This document shows, in pieces, positions 48,974-58,517 of a DNA stretch of 64,000 bases. The stretch spans positions 66,432 to 130,431 of the IMG/VR virus record IMGVR_UViG_3300044878_000087; one strand, 5' to 3'. This DNA is from a virus. Its lineage: Duplodnaviria > Heunggongvirae > Uroviricota > Caudoviricetes. The translations under genes and the position numbers were made by a program. Each line of letters opens with the position of its first letter. Within the stretch, counting starts at the first letter, position 1. A model generated the notes under the pieces. It saw only the letters and a list, made by a program, of their open reading frames with translations. It ran no database searches and was not told the DNA's origin.

Positions 48974-49456
48974 TTAGCGACGGACCCAACGATTGATTGT
49001 GCAGTCTGGATGCAGGTCAGCTGAGATCAATCGCCACTTCTGTGGTTTGATATCAGGACGGAACCAGGTATCGCATTGACGAACCATGCCATGGATACGA
49101 GTGATATGGAGTTCATCACAACGACCGTAATAGTCATTGAACAACGAACTCCCACCAATGATGAACAATTTGGTTAGCTTCAAAGCCTCAGCAGCTTTAC
49201 GTGCCTCCTCGAAAGAACTCACGGTAACACAACGTTCATCATCGATTGGGATAGATGACAACACGATACATTGACGACCTGGAAGTTTCTTAGGTGGTAA
49301 CGATTCCCATGTCTTACGTCCCATCACACAACCATGAGTTTCCCCGGTAGTGGTCTTGCGGAAATAATCCATATCCGCTTTACACTTCCAAGGTAACTTG
49401 TTATTGTAACCGATCTCACCGTCGGGGCCAGTAGCTGCGATTAGGATTGTTTTCAT
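48974..49456 (-). CDS. folA: dihydrofolate reductase
   Basis: IGYNNKLPW, ADMDYF, VMGRKTWESLP, LPGR, FIIGG; start moved to MKTILIAA. Confidence 0.95.
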   Translation of the reverse strand: MKTILIAATGPDGEIGYNNKLPWKCKADMDYFRKTTTGETHGCVMGRKTWESLPPKKLPGRQCIVLSSIPIDDERCVTVSSFEEARKAAEALKLTKLFIIGGSSLFNDYYGRCDELHITRIHGMVRQCDTWFRPDIKPQKWRLISADLHPDCTINRWVRR

Positions 49457-49466
49457 CTTAAGTCCT

Positions 49467-50270
49467 TTAATGAATTGATCCGATGATACCCGAGAAGGAA
49501 AGTGGTGAACTGTTCTCGTAAGAATTAGCAATACCCATCATGCTTTCTACACTCGAACCTTTATTCAGTTGTAGATCGATACGTTCAGCAGTAGGTTCGG
49601 ATTGATCACGAGTGCCATTGAACACAGTGCGAGGCACAGCATTGAAGTTCTGTGGTACCAGTTTCTTAACGGCATCACCGATAGCTTCTTGGATCTCTTC
49701 CTGCGGGATCACTTGTTCCAGTTCAGTAGGCTCATACTTACGGATGGACTGTTGGCCATCTTTCAGTTCATAAACAAACGAACCACCGAAGCTACCTTTG
49801 ATCGGAGCAAACTTCTCGTTCTGTGCTGCGATGCAATTCACCAATGCGAGACCACCATACAGACCGACGTTGTCGATGGTAGTTTGGAATGTTTCGATCG
49901 GTACAGAAGAACCAGGAACGTAATCAGGATGTCCTTCTACAGTCATTGGGTGACGCAGGATACCTGATACGAAAATAGAGTCGTCTTCAGCATCGTAGAT
50001 AATCTGGTACTGAGTAGCCAGATACTTCATTTTGATCTTGTCTTGGAACTGATAAGAGAAGATCATGAATTCGAGTGGGTTATACGAACTCAGGAAAGGA
50101 TGGCTACCATCCAGGATACCTAAGAACAGTTGTGCTTGGTTGATCGACAGTTCGTGATCTGTACCTGAGGCACCTTTGAGTTTTACGGTGTTAGAGATGT
50201 ACTCGGTTCCGTCTTCTGTCATACGCATGCGTGCAGCAATATCGTTGAACATGCCATATACTGGATTCAT
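49467..50270 (-). CDS. hypothetical protein
   Basis: 267-aa ORF. Confidence 0.7.
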   Translation of the reverse strand: MNPVYGMFNDIAARMRMTEDGTEYISNTVKLKGASGTDHELSINQAQLFLGILDGSHPFLSSYNPLEFMIFSYQFQDKIKMKYLATQYQIIYDAEDDSIFVSGILRHPMTVEGHPDYVPGSSVPIETFQTTIDNVGLYGGLALVNCIAAQNEKFAPIKGSFGGSFVYELKDGQQSIRKYEPTELEQVIPQEEIQEAIGDAVKKLVPQNFNAVPRTVFNGTRDQSEPTAERIDLQLNKGSSVESMMGIANSYENSSPLSFSGIIGSIH

Positions 50271-50641
50271 TGCTTGGTTCCTTTTGTTGGGACAATGATA
50301 ATGTCCTTGGGTAGAGGGATGTAATATTGTTCGAGTTCTTTGTTGGTCATGCGAACATAACCCGTGATGCGCTTCTTATCATCACGAATGATCTGCAACC
50401 AGTCACCTGGACACATGTTCGTGAATGAGCCATGGGTGGGATACATAAGTTTCCCATGATCGCCCATAGCCTTGCCACAATGTGAACATAGCATGCAACC
50501 AGCATGACCACCCCTAGAAGGATGACGTCCTACGATTGCCCCACTATTAATGCCATTGATTACTCCATCGCCTGGAGCATCACCATTCTTGAACCACCGG
50601 TATACTTCGAGTACTACCGGCTTAGGGATGAAGTAAGCCAT
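50267..50641 (-). CDS. widespread phage protein of unknown function (KPVV..W.NGD / CxxC..HG / CPGDW type)
   Basis: Motifs KPVVLEVYRWFKNGD, CSHCGKAMGDHG, CPGDW. Confidence 0.7.
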   Translation of the reverse strand: MAYFIPKPVVLEVYRWFKNGDAPGDGVINGINSGAIVGRHPSRGGHAGCMLCSHCGKAMGDHGKLMYPTHGSFTNMCPGDWLQIIRDDKKRITGYVRMTNKELEQYYIPLPKDIIIVPTKGTKQ

Positions 50642-50653
50642 TGTTAGGCCCTA

Positions 50654-51076
50654 TTAGAAAGTTGAACATACTTTGTGTTCTGGAGTCATTTGTTCAGTAA
50701 TTAACTTCAGTCCCTTAGGGCAGACATCCAGTGTCATGTTGAACAATAACAGATCTCGATCGAATGGCATATCAACTGCCCGCATCATAGCGAGCTGTAG
50801 TGATTCTAGTTGGCTGAGTGTTTCACCTGGTTTGATTTGGTTTGATATGTAAGCACGAGATGGCAAACCGAGCTTATGATTCGTACCAACATTGATCCAG
50901 GATATTGGGGCAAGCTTGTTATTGGCGTCACGATAGACAACTCCTATTTGTAAATGTGAGTAAGAGTCTAACCATTTGTCATCCAATGCGAGGTATGGAT
51001 GAATGCACATGGCATAGTCAATGAATAGATTATGGAGTGTTTCATTGGTCACTTCTTTATATACTTGTATTTCCAT
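50654..51076 (-). CDS. hypothetical protein
   Basis: 140-aa ORF with upstream GGAG. Confidence 0.6.
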   Translation of the reverse strand: MEIQVYKEVTNETLHNLFIDYAMCIHPYLALDDKWLDSYSHLQIGVVYRDANNKLAPISWINVGTNHKLGLPSRAYISNQIKPGETLSQLESLQLAMMRAVDMPFDRDLLLFNMTLDVCPKGLKLITEQMTPEHKVCSTF

Positions 51077-51338
51077 GATTGAGCTCCTGTGGTGTGTTAC
51101 AAGAGGAATAAGGAAGAGAGCGAAGGGTATACCAGGGTTTGTTTATAGAAGCCTCTAATGATGTTATAAAGCAAAATAAAAGCCTCCCTCCTTTGCTCTT
51201 AGCAGTCCTCTAACATACTATGCGACGGGGAGGTAAAATCTTCCCAAAAGAAGTAAAATTGAGAAATACTAGGGAGCTTAAGAATATGTTTAATCACCCT
51301 TTATCTCAATACCTCAAACAGACTGACAAGGCACTGCA

Positions 51339-53624
51339 ATGATCAAGACTTTTATCAAGATGGATGGAACCGAAGAGCCGTTCATGCCACACAAAGCAAA
51401 CGGCTGGGGTGAGTGGTTCTCCAAGAACCTAATCGACATCGACTGGGCTGGCGTCGTAATGGACGTAGTCGCAGAGATGCCTGAGAAAGTTCACTCTCAA
51501 GACTTCCAACAATCGCTCATCAACAAGCTGTTGGATATCGGTACCTGGTCTGCCTATGTTGCAGCTGGTCGACTGTATGCTGTATTGATCCGTAAGAAGA
51601 TCTACGGTACTGAAGGTGTTCCTACACTGAAGACCCTGCACACCCGCATGCGTAAAGACAAAGTCATGGTGAAGTTGGATTACTCCACTCGTGAATATGC
51701 ACAGATCGAAAAGATGCTCAAACACGATCTGGACATGGATTCACCACACTTTGCACTGCACCACATTCGTCAGAAGTACTCTCTGATGAACCGCGTTACC
51801 AAGAAAGAATACGAAACACCACAGTTCACATACATGCGTATGGCTATGGCTCTCTCCGAGAAAGAGCCGGTCGAAACACGTATGACTCACGTCCGTAACT
51901 TCTACGAGATGTTCTCTCAACGTGAGCTGTCTGCTCCAACCCCGAATTATGTAAACCTGGGTACCGTACTCCGTGGCTTCGCTTCGTGCTGCTTGTTCGC
52001 ATCTGGCGACAACGGTGTATCGTTGGCCGTAGGTGACTTCATCGCAAACGTGATGACACAGAAAGCTGCAGGTATCGGCGTTAACCTGATCACTCGTTCT
52101 ATCAACGATCCAGTACGTGGTGGTTTGATCAAGCACCAAGGTAAACTACCTTACATCGCTGCCCAAGGTAAAGCTGTTCGTGCTAACACACAGAACGGTC
52201 GTGGTGGTGCAATCTCGTTGTACTACAACGTGTACGATCCAGAAGTAGAAACCATCGCTCGTCTACGTAACCCTAAGTCGACTGATGACAAGAAGAACCG
52301 TGACCTGCACTATGCATTGATGACTAACACCTTTACTGCGTGGTTGGTTGCCAATGACAAAGAGATGATGACCTGGAACGTATTCACTGCTCCAGATCTG
52401 CACGCAGCATTCTACGATGGTGACGTTGGTAAGTTCATCGACCTGTACCTGAAGTACGAGAAAGATCCAGCCTTCAAGAAAGTCTACGTCAATGCACGTA
52501 AGATCGTTCTGACTGCACTTAACGAAGGTATCGAGACCGGTACGGCGTATTGGGCAAACATGACGGAGATCAACCGTCATACTCCGTTCCTCGATCCGAT
52601 CCTGTCCTCGAACCTGTGCCTGGAAATCTGCCAACCGACTGCACCGTACTACTCGATGCAGGACCTGCATTCTTCGGAAGACCATGGTCGTGGTGAGATC
52701 GCTACTTGTTCGTTGGCTGCCATCGTGGTTAACAACATCTACACGCAAGAACGTTACCAAGAAGTAGCGTACTATGCATTGAAGATGATCGACTACTGCA
52801 TCGACAACTCTGAGTATGCATTCCCTCACCTGGAGATGACAGCTAAGGCTCGTCGTTCTGCTGGTGTTGGTATCATGGGCCTGGCTACCCACATGGCTCG
52901 TAACAAGCTGAAGTACTCGTCGGAAGAAGGTTTGCATGAGATGCACCGCATTGCAGAAATGCATATGTACTGCCTCATCAATGCTTCTCTGCGAATTGCT
53001 GATGAGCGTGGCGTAGCTCCGTGGATTCACAAGACCAAGTGGCCACAAGGCTGGCTGCCGCTGGATACCTACAACCGTAACGTTGATACGATCGTTGAAG
53101 GTGGCTTCAAGAACCTGCAAGACTGGGAACCACTGCGTGCACGCGTCATTGCAAAAGGTGGTATCGCTCACTCGGTACTGGCTGCGTTCATGCCTGGCGA
53201 AGCATCGTCTAAAGCTCTGGGTGGTGCAAACTCGTTGTACGCTGTACGTGCTCTGACCATCATCAAAACCGACAACGCTATTTCGATTCAGTGGGCTGCT
53301 CCTTATGGCGACAACCCAGAGTACGAATACGAGATCGCATGGGAAATCCCAACTCGTCGTCAGATCGATGGTTACTGTGTATTCCAGAAGTGGACTGACG
53401 GCGGTTTGTCTGCAGACCTGTTCCGTCGTATCCTCCCAGGCCAAGAACACATCTACTCGAACGAACTGATCGATGATTGGTTGTACATGAACTACCGTGG
53501 TCAAAAGACACGCTACTACCACAACGTAGAAATTGTGGCTGGTGCCGACCTTAATGGTGGCGTATCTGCATTCTCCAACACGACCGAAGATGCTGGTTGT
53601 GCTAGTGGCGCTTGCTCCCTCTAA
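51339..53624 (+). CDS. nrdA: class Ia ribonucleotide reductase alpha subunit
   Basis: SAPTP, FASCCL, SSNLCLEI (thiyl Cys/Glu), TCSL, FMPGEASS, KTRYY, C-terminal CASGACSL. Confidence 0.96.
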   Translation: MIKTFIKMDGTEEPFMPHKANGWGEWFSKNLIDIDWAGVVMDVVAEMPEKVHSQDFQQSLINKLLDIGTWSAYVAAGRLYAVLIRKKIYGTEGVPTLKTLHTRMRKDKVMVKLDYSTREYAQIEKMLKHDLDMDSPHFALHHIRQKYSLMNRVTKKEYETPQFTYMRMAMALSEKEPVETRMTHVRNFYEMFSQRELSAPTPNYVNLGTVLRGFASCCLFASGDNGVSLAVGDFIANVMTQKAAGIGVNLITRSINDPVRGGLIKHQGKLPYIAAQGKAVRANTQNGRGGAISLYYNVYDPEVETIARLRNPKSTDDKKNRDLHYALMTNTFTAWLVANDKEMMTWNVFTAPDLHAAFYDGDVGKFIDLYLKYEKDPAFKKVYVNARKIVLTALNEGIETGTAYWANMTEINRHTPFLDPILSSNLCLEICQPTAPYYSMQDLHSSEDHGRGEIATCSLAAIVVNNIYTQERYQEVAYYALKMIDYCIDNSEYAFPHLEMTAKARRSAGVGIMGLATHMARNKLKYSSEEGLHEMHRIAEMHMYCLINASLRIADERGVAPWIHKTKWPQGWLPLDTYNRNVDTIVEGGFKNLQDWEPLRARVIAKGGIAHSVLAAFMPGEASSKALGGANSLYAVRALTIIKTDNAISIQWAAPYGDNPEYEYEIAWEIPTRRQIDGYCVFQKWTDGGLSADLFRRILPGQEHIYSNELIDDWLYMNYRGQKTRYYHNVEIVAGADLNGGVSAFSNTTEDAGCASGACSL

Positions 53625-53631
53625 ATAGAAC

Positions 53632-53649
53632 GGGTGACTTCGGTCACCC
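53632..53649 (+). other. UUCG hairpin between nrdA and nrdB
   Basis: GGGTGAC TTCG GTCACCC without a T-tail; may stabilise or attenuate rather than terminate. Confidence 0.6.
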
Positions 53650-53673
53650 TCAATCCACAATTGGAAGAAACAA

Positions 53674-54894
53674 ATGACTGGCACTGTAGCTGATATCGCA
53701 CCAAAGATTTTTAACCTGAACAAAGGAGACTACGGCTCCTACAACATCATCTTGGGCGAAGATCCAGGTCTACTGGATTCGATCACACATAACCACCCTG
53801 AAGCATGGGCACTGTACAAACGTCTGCGTAACCTGGACTGGGACGAACTAGAGTTCGACTTCTTCACGTGTAACGCTGAGTTCAAGAACGCCGAGAAGTC
53901 TGTCTACGACATGATGATCAAAACTCTGGCGTGGCAATGGGAAGCTGACTCGGTTGCATCGCGTTCCATTGTAACGATCCTGGGTAACGTCATTACCGAT
54001 GGACGGATCTGGACTGGCTACAACCGTATCTCTGAAAACGAATGTGTTCATGCACTGACGTATTCCGAGATCGTTCGTGGTTCGTTCGATGACCCTGATG
54101 AAATCCGTGAGGAAATCCTCAAGGTAGAAGAAGCACACAGTCGTATGAAGATTGTGGGCGAAGTAATGGCTAAGGCTCACGAGACCTCGTTGAAATACGG
54201 TTTGGGTCAAGTAGAGAACTGCCAAGAAACTTACAACGACATTTTCATGTTCCTGATCGCACTCTATTTCTTGGAGCGTATTCAGTTCATGGCATCGTTC
54301 GCTGTGACTTTCGCAATCGGTCGCACTGGTATGTTCCAGCAGATCACCAAAGCCGTCCAGAAGATCGCTGTAGACGAATTCGAGATCCACGCACAGTTCG
54401 GTCAGCATGTACTGCGATCGGAGCTTGCAACGGAACGTGGGCGTACTGCTTACGAACAATGCAAAGATAAGATCGTTCGTCTGCTGTGGGAAATCATCCG
54501 TACCGAAGTTGAATGGGCAATGTACCTGTTCTCTGAAGGTCGTGAACTGACTGGCGTTACTGCTAAGTCTCTGATCCAATGGGTTCTGTTCAACGCTAAA
54601 GCGGCTGCAGAATTCCTGAACGTGAAAGACGACATCTTCTTCCGGTTCGACTATGACTTCGAACAGATCGCAGGCTTCCCTTTCGAGTGGCCTGAGAAGA
54701 ACCCTCTGCCATACATGACTAAGTACATTCAGTTGTCTGCTACTCAGTCGTCGGCACAGGAAGAGAAGAAAGGTGACTACATGACTAACCTGCTGACTCG
54801 TCGTAATGAGCAGGCTCTGTTTGAATTCACCATCCCTGGTTTCGATATGAGTAAGTTGGAGAATTACCAACCGAAAGTACAGATCCCGGTATAA
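53674..54894 (+). CDS. nrdB: class Ia ribonucleotide reductase beta subunit
   Basis: Ferritin-like metal ligands EADS, ENECVH with radical Tyr (HALTYS), ERIQFMASF, DEFEIH; Q(S)SAQE near the C-terminus. Confidence 0.95.
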   Translation: MTGTVADIAPKIFNLNKGDYGSYNIILGEDPGLLDSITHNHPEAWALYKRLRNLDWDELEFDFFTCNAEFKNAEKSVYDMMIKTLAWQWEADSVASRSIVTILGNVITDGRIWTGYNRISENECVHALTYSEIVRGSFDDPDEIREEILKVEEAHSRMKIVGEVMAKAHETSLKYGLGQVENCQETYNDIFMFLIALYFLERIQFMASFAVTFAIGRTGMFQQITKAVQKIAVDEFEIHAQFGQHVLRSELATERGRTAYEQCKDKIVRLLWEIIRTEVEWAMYLFSEGRELTGVTAKSLIQWVLFNAKAAAEFLNVKDDIFFRFDYDFEQIAGFPFEWPEKNPLPYMTKYIQLSATQSSAQEEKKGDYMTNLLTRRNEQALFEFTIPGFDMSKLENYQPKVQIPV

Positions 54895-54912
54895 GGCTGT
54901 AACGGTATAAAT

Positions 54913-54941
54913 GGCTTCCTTTCGAGGAAGCCTTTATGTCG
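54913..54941 (+). terminator. terminator after nrdB
   Basis: GGCTTCCT TTCG AGGAAGCC TTTATGTCG. Confidence 0.8.
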
Positions 54942-54985
54942 TCATAATCCTATACATCAAACAAACACTACACAAGGAACAACGC

Positions 54986-57601
54986 ATGAACGTTTATGAG
55001 TGGATGAGTACACAAGATGTACAGGGTCCTCCGATGCAAGACGAAGACCCACGAGAGAACCCCGCTAATCGTCCACATCTTCCAGAAGAGAGTGACGATA
55101 ATGAGATGCACTGCACTGAACGCAGCATCCAAGATCCGCAGATGATGGAAGACATGACATGTTCAAATGAATCGATCATTGAAGACGTCCGTAAGTTCTT
55201 CAAGATGCATAATCGGGGTAGTGACTTTATTGAAGTCGATGGCAACAATAAAGCCAACGGCGTACAGTTGATGCAGACACTGGATAAAACATTCGGTGAC
55301 AAAGCATGGCTAGATAAACAAACCCATGTAGAAGGCAAGATCAAAGTCGGTGATTTGGCTGATCGAATCAATCTCGATAAGATCGAACAGACCATTGCTG
55401 AAACTGGCGCAATCAATGCCCAGTTCCAAAATGCTCAGGTGCAGGCAATCCTCACTAACATTAAATTGTTAAAACCGATTCTGGATAAGATTAATCCGAC
55501 TAAGCTTACAGATGACGGCTATGATACATTAAAAGCTTTGCTCCCAGATATTAAGCCAATCACAGAAATCATCAAAACGCCAGTACGTAGTAAAACGAAT
55601 CTGCTGTCGGGCAAGACTACTGATGAAGCACGTGAAACCCTGAAGGTAGATGAAGTCGAAGGCATTGCCCAAGCGATCAACAAGGCACTCAAAGAGGCAC
55701 AGGCGATCTGGGAAGATAGTGGAACTACTATTGACCAATTGATTCCTACGTATATTGAAATTCGCCAGAACATCAATGACGGTGCACAGAGCCAAGGCTA
55801 CAACAATGATGCCTGGAACGAATTGTTTGCCATGGTACATCGTAAGATCTTTGGTGCTGGTTCTCCAGATGTGATCGCAGCTTATCGCCAATTTGAAGGT
55901 GCATGTATCGCTGCTGTGATTTATATGGAGCGTTCGTTCAAAGGTGGTAAGGGTGTATCAATGGAAGAGTTCAAAGTTTCCATTGAAGGGATCTTCGACA
56001 AAATCATCGGTATGTTCAAGAAGAAGAAAGAGGGGGATAAAGAACCCATCAAACCTCCGATGAATATCGACCATGTGCAGGAACTGAAACGATTCGTTGA
56101 ATCTGGTGCTACCACACTACCAGCAACTACCACCACCGGCATGGAAAGTTCATTCTTGGTTGGTTTGGATAAATCCGCTAACCAGTGGGCTGCAGCTGTC
56201 CGTGCAGATCTGAAGAACTATCGCCAACTCATTCAGCAAGCTATTACCTACGACAAGAAAATTGATGCGTGGGAAAAGAAGTATGCCGATGAACTAGATT
56301 CGTACTGTGGTAATGATGATCGCCCAGAAGAGTTTGCTGCTCTTCTAAAACGGGTTGCCGATTCCCAACCGAAGCCTTGGTCAGAAGTAATGAACAAGTC
56401 GCAGTCATTCATTGCGTTTGGCCCCGATGATTGGATGGACGATGAAGGTAGCTTTGAATCAATGCCGCATCCAGACATGGTTAAAGGTCAACTGGATATC
56501 CCAGAGATGAATGAGCCAGCAGTTAAGCTCATCAAAGAAGTGCTGAAGGAAATTGTACAGTTCGTTGATTTTGCAGAAGACCTGTACTATGACCTGCCGT
56601 ATCATGGCGCTGACTTTACTGATGCTCCATATCGCGGTTATACTCGTGATGATGACTGTAACGAACAAATGAGTCGTTTCCGGATTCATGCTTACGTTAG
56701 CAACAATCCAGCTGATATGGCTCACCACATCAGTAAGCGCGTGTTCCATCTGTTGATGAACATTACTTCGTTTGTTGTGCGTGCTGAGGGCGGGTCTGTT
56801 TCTAACGAAGGTTTCATTGATGCCTTGAAAGGTCTGTTCAAGTCTAAGCCTAAAGATGTCGAGATTAAAGGCGACATTGATAACTCAGTGCTCAAGCAAT
56901 TGCAAGAAACTGTACTGAATGATAACTGGCTAAAACAACAAACGCTCAAGGAAGGCAATGTATCCGTACGCTTCCCTGATGCTGTACAGAATGGTAACTA
57001 CAAGCCTGTGCTGCAACGTGTCAAACAGGAACTGGAAACTACCGCTAAGTACAACGCTGGTAAAGCCAACGCCTGGTTGAACCCTATCAAGCAAGCAATG
57101 GATGTAATCATTGAAGGTCGTGTAAGTGGCATCAGTCTGGAACAAGCTGAAGCACTACGTGAACTTGCTGACTACGATAGCCTAGACTTCGACGTCGATT
57201 ATAAAGAACCTAATAACTTCTTGAGTGACGATGCTGAAGTAGAAGTTCCTGCACTGGATGAAGCGGGCATCAAAGGCGCAGTCAATGCTATCATCGAACT
57301 GGTTAAGGCTCGTGAGCTGTACACCAATGTTTCGACGGGTGATATCCCTGGTGGTATCCCACACACCAGCATGCACAAGATCCGTGAAGTAAGTGATGAA
57401 GCAACTCGTGATGTCCTGTTGGATCTCCATGAGGAAATCAGCAGCATTACTGATTACGCTATCGAGAGCTTCTATCAGAATCAGTCTGCTTACTTTGACC
57501 TGTTCGAAGCCTTGGCTAAACCGCTGATGGATTGGATTCAGAAATCTATCTCTGGCATCAAGTACAGCAATGAGGCTTTTGCTGATGTGGGAAAGCTCTG
57601 A
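54986..57601 (+). CDS. multi-domain internal head-type protein with repeated S-x-E processing sites (short form, 871 aa)
   Basis: Start MNVYEW (upstream AAGGA); acidic propeptide; SNE/SME/SIE/SNE/SNE sites, most followed by an xFxDxxKxxF helix. S/A/G-x-E is the known phiKZ prohead protease specificity. Confidence 0.8.
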   Translation: MNVYEWMSTQDVQGPPMQDEDPRENPANRPHLPEESDDNEMHCTERSIQDPQMMEDMTCSNESIIEDVRKFFKMHNRGSDFIEVDGNNKANGVQLMQTLDKTFGDKAWLDKQTHVEGKIKVGDLADRINLDKIEQTIAETGAINAQFQNAQVQAILTNIKLLKPILDKINPTKLTDDGYDTLKALLPDIKPITEIIKTPVRSKTNLLSGKTTDEARETLKVDEVEGIAQAINKALKEAQAIWEDSGTTIDQLIPTYIEIRQNINDGAQSQGYNNDAWNELFAMVHRKIFGAGSPDVIAAYRQFEGACIAAVIYMERSFKGGKGVSMEEFKVSIEGIFDKIIGMFKKKKEGDKEPIKPPMNIDHVQELKRFVESGATTLPATTTTGMESSFLVGLDKSANQWAAAVRADLKNYRQLIQQAITYDKKIDAWEKKYADELDSYCGNDDRPEEFAALLKRVADSQPKPWSEVMNKSQSFIAFGPDDWMDDEGSFESMPHPDMVKGQLDIPEMNEPAVKLIKEVLKEIVQFVDFAEDLYYDLPYHGADFTDAPYRGYTRDDDCNEQMSRFRIHAYVSNNPADMAHHISKRVFHLLMNITSFVVRAEGGSVSNEGFIDALKGLFKSKPKDVEIKGDIDNSVLKQLQETVLNDNWLKQQTLKEGNVSVRFPDAVQNGNYKPVLQRVKQELETTAKYNAGKANAWLNPIKQAMDVIIEGRVSGISLEQAEALRELADYDSLDFDVDYKEPNNFLSDDAEVEVPALDEAGIKGAVNAIIELVKARELYTNVSTGDIPGGIPHTSMHKIREVSDEATRDVLLDLHEEISSITDYAIESFYQNQSAYFDLFEALAKPLMDWIQKSISGIKYSNEAFADVGKL
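57589..57595 (+). promoter_or_regulatory. -1 ribosomal frameshift slippery site G_GGA_AAG
   Basis: X_XXY_YYZ heptamer in the correct phase, one codon before the TGA; the -1 frame opens one codon earlier and runs to 58338. Confidence 0.75.
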
Positions 57602-58338
57602 GTGGTCTCTTTCGCGCAAAGGAAACTGATCCTACTGTCGTAGGTGATCACAACTATCAGAATGCTAAAAGGCTTGTGCAACAAACGTTCTTCAATGATA
57701 GCTGGTTAGCCGAACACACGTTCACTGGCAAACCTGTTACGGTATCCTTTCCAGGCAACCTAACGAAGTTCGATAGTACAATCATTGACACGATCCGTCA
57801 AGACGCTCAACCCCATTCACATAAAGCAGGGGAATACTTGAAAGAAGGCTTTAAGCCAGTCAATGAAGTAATCCATTACCTGTACCAACGTGGATGGACC
57901 AGTGATCCTAAGCGAGCTGAAACGTATTTGAAGACCGTGGACTTTAAGTTCAACTTAACTGCGGAACATATTCAAATCGCTAAGCCTTCTGAAGAACACG
58001 AACTCCCAGCTCTAGATGCTAGGTCTATTAAAGAGGTCGCTAAGATCTTCTTGGACTTGGTAGAACTGAAACGGGAACTGTGGGACGTGCATCTGCTCCG
58101 TATCTGGAAGACCTTTGGAGTTGAAGGACGTAACTACAGTCAGGGTGGCAAGCGGTATCGTGAGGCAGATGCTACCAATGCTCCGCACGCAGTATATCGC
58201 TTATTCGAAGAGCTGCATGACTACGGCAATAAGTTCGAAGAGTTCTTATACGAATTCAACTCGTCCTATACCGAGATCACCGTACCGACAGCCGACGGGT
58301 TACTGAAGTGGATGAATCGATCGATCATCAAGAAATAA
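57589..58338 (+). CDS. fourth homologous domain of the head-type protein, reached in the -1 frame
   Basis: GKALSGLFRAKETDPTVVGDHNYQNAKRLVQQTFFNDSWLAEH...LLKWMNRSI aligns by eye with domains 1 and 3; the ORF track starts it only at GTG 57676. Confidence 0.75.
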   Translation, partial: GKALSGLFRAKETDPTVVGDHNYQNAKRLVQQTFFNDSWLAEHTFTGKPVTVSFPGNLTKFDSTIIDTIRQDAQPHSHKAGEYLKEGFKPVNEVIHYLYQRGWTSDPKRAETYLKTVDFKFNLTAEHIQIAKPSEEHELPALDARSIKEVAKIFLDLVELKRELWDVHLLRIWKTFGVEGRNYSQGGKRYREADATNAPHAVYRLFEELHDYGNKFEEFLYEFNSSYTEITVPTADGLLKWMNRSIIKK

Positions 58339-58360
58339 AATACTTGGCGTGAGATAGTAT

Positions 58361-58482
58361 AGTTGAGGACGTACGTGCCTTAACACCACCCAGTCACTAG
58401 CCGGAGCATCCTACGGAGCGCTTCTAGAAGAGATCCTTCTGTGATTGTCAAATCTTAAGGGCTGTCCTTCGGGATGGCCCTT
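58361..58482 (+). ncRNA. candidate stand-alone small RNA
   Basis: TAGTATA motif, then 5' hairpin GTTGAGG/CCTTAAC, multibranch CAGTCAC/GTGATTG domain, and its own UUCG terminator (58457-58482). Confidence 0.5.
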
Positions 58483-58517
58483 ATGCCGCAATCGTATGTT
58501 AACAAAGGAGAACTACC

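Noticed and set aside
52263-53723. 486-aa and 340-aa minus-strand ORFs antisense to nrdA/nrdB
   Set aside because: Mirror frames of well-supported RNR genes.
54911-54985. N-terminal extension of the head-type ORF in the ORF track
   Set aside because: Overlaps the nrdB terminator; the SD-preceded ATG is at 54986.
57676-57678. Independent GTG start for the 220-aa ORF
   Set aside because: Only a closely spaced weak AAGG upstream, and homology to the other domains extends about 29 codons further upstream to the slippery site. Not fully excluded.
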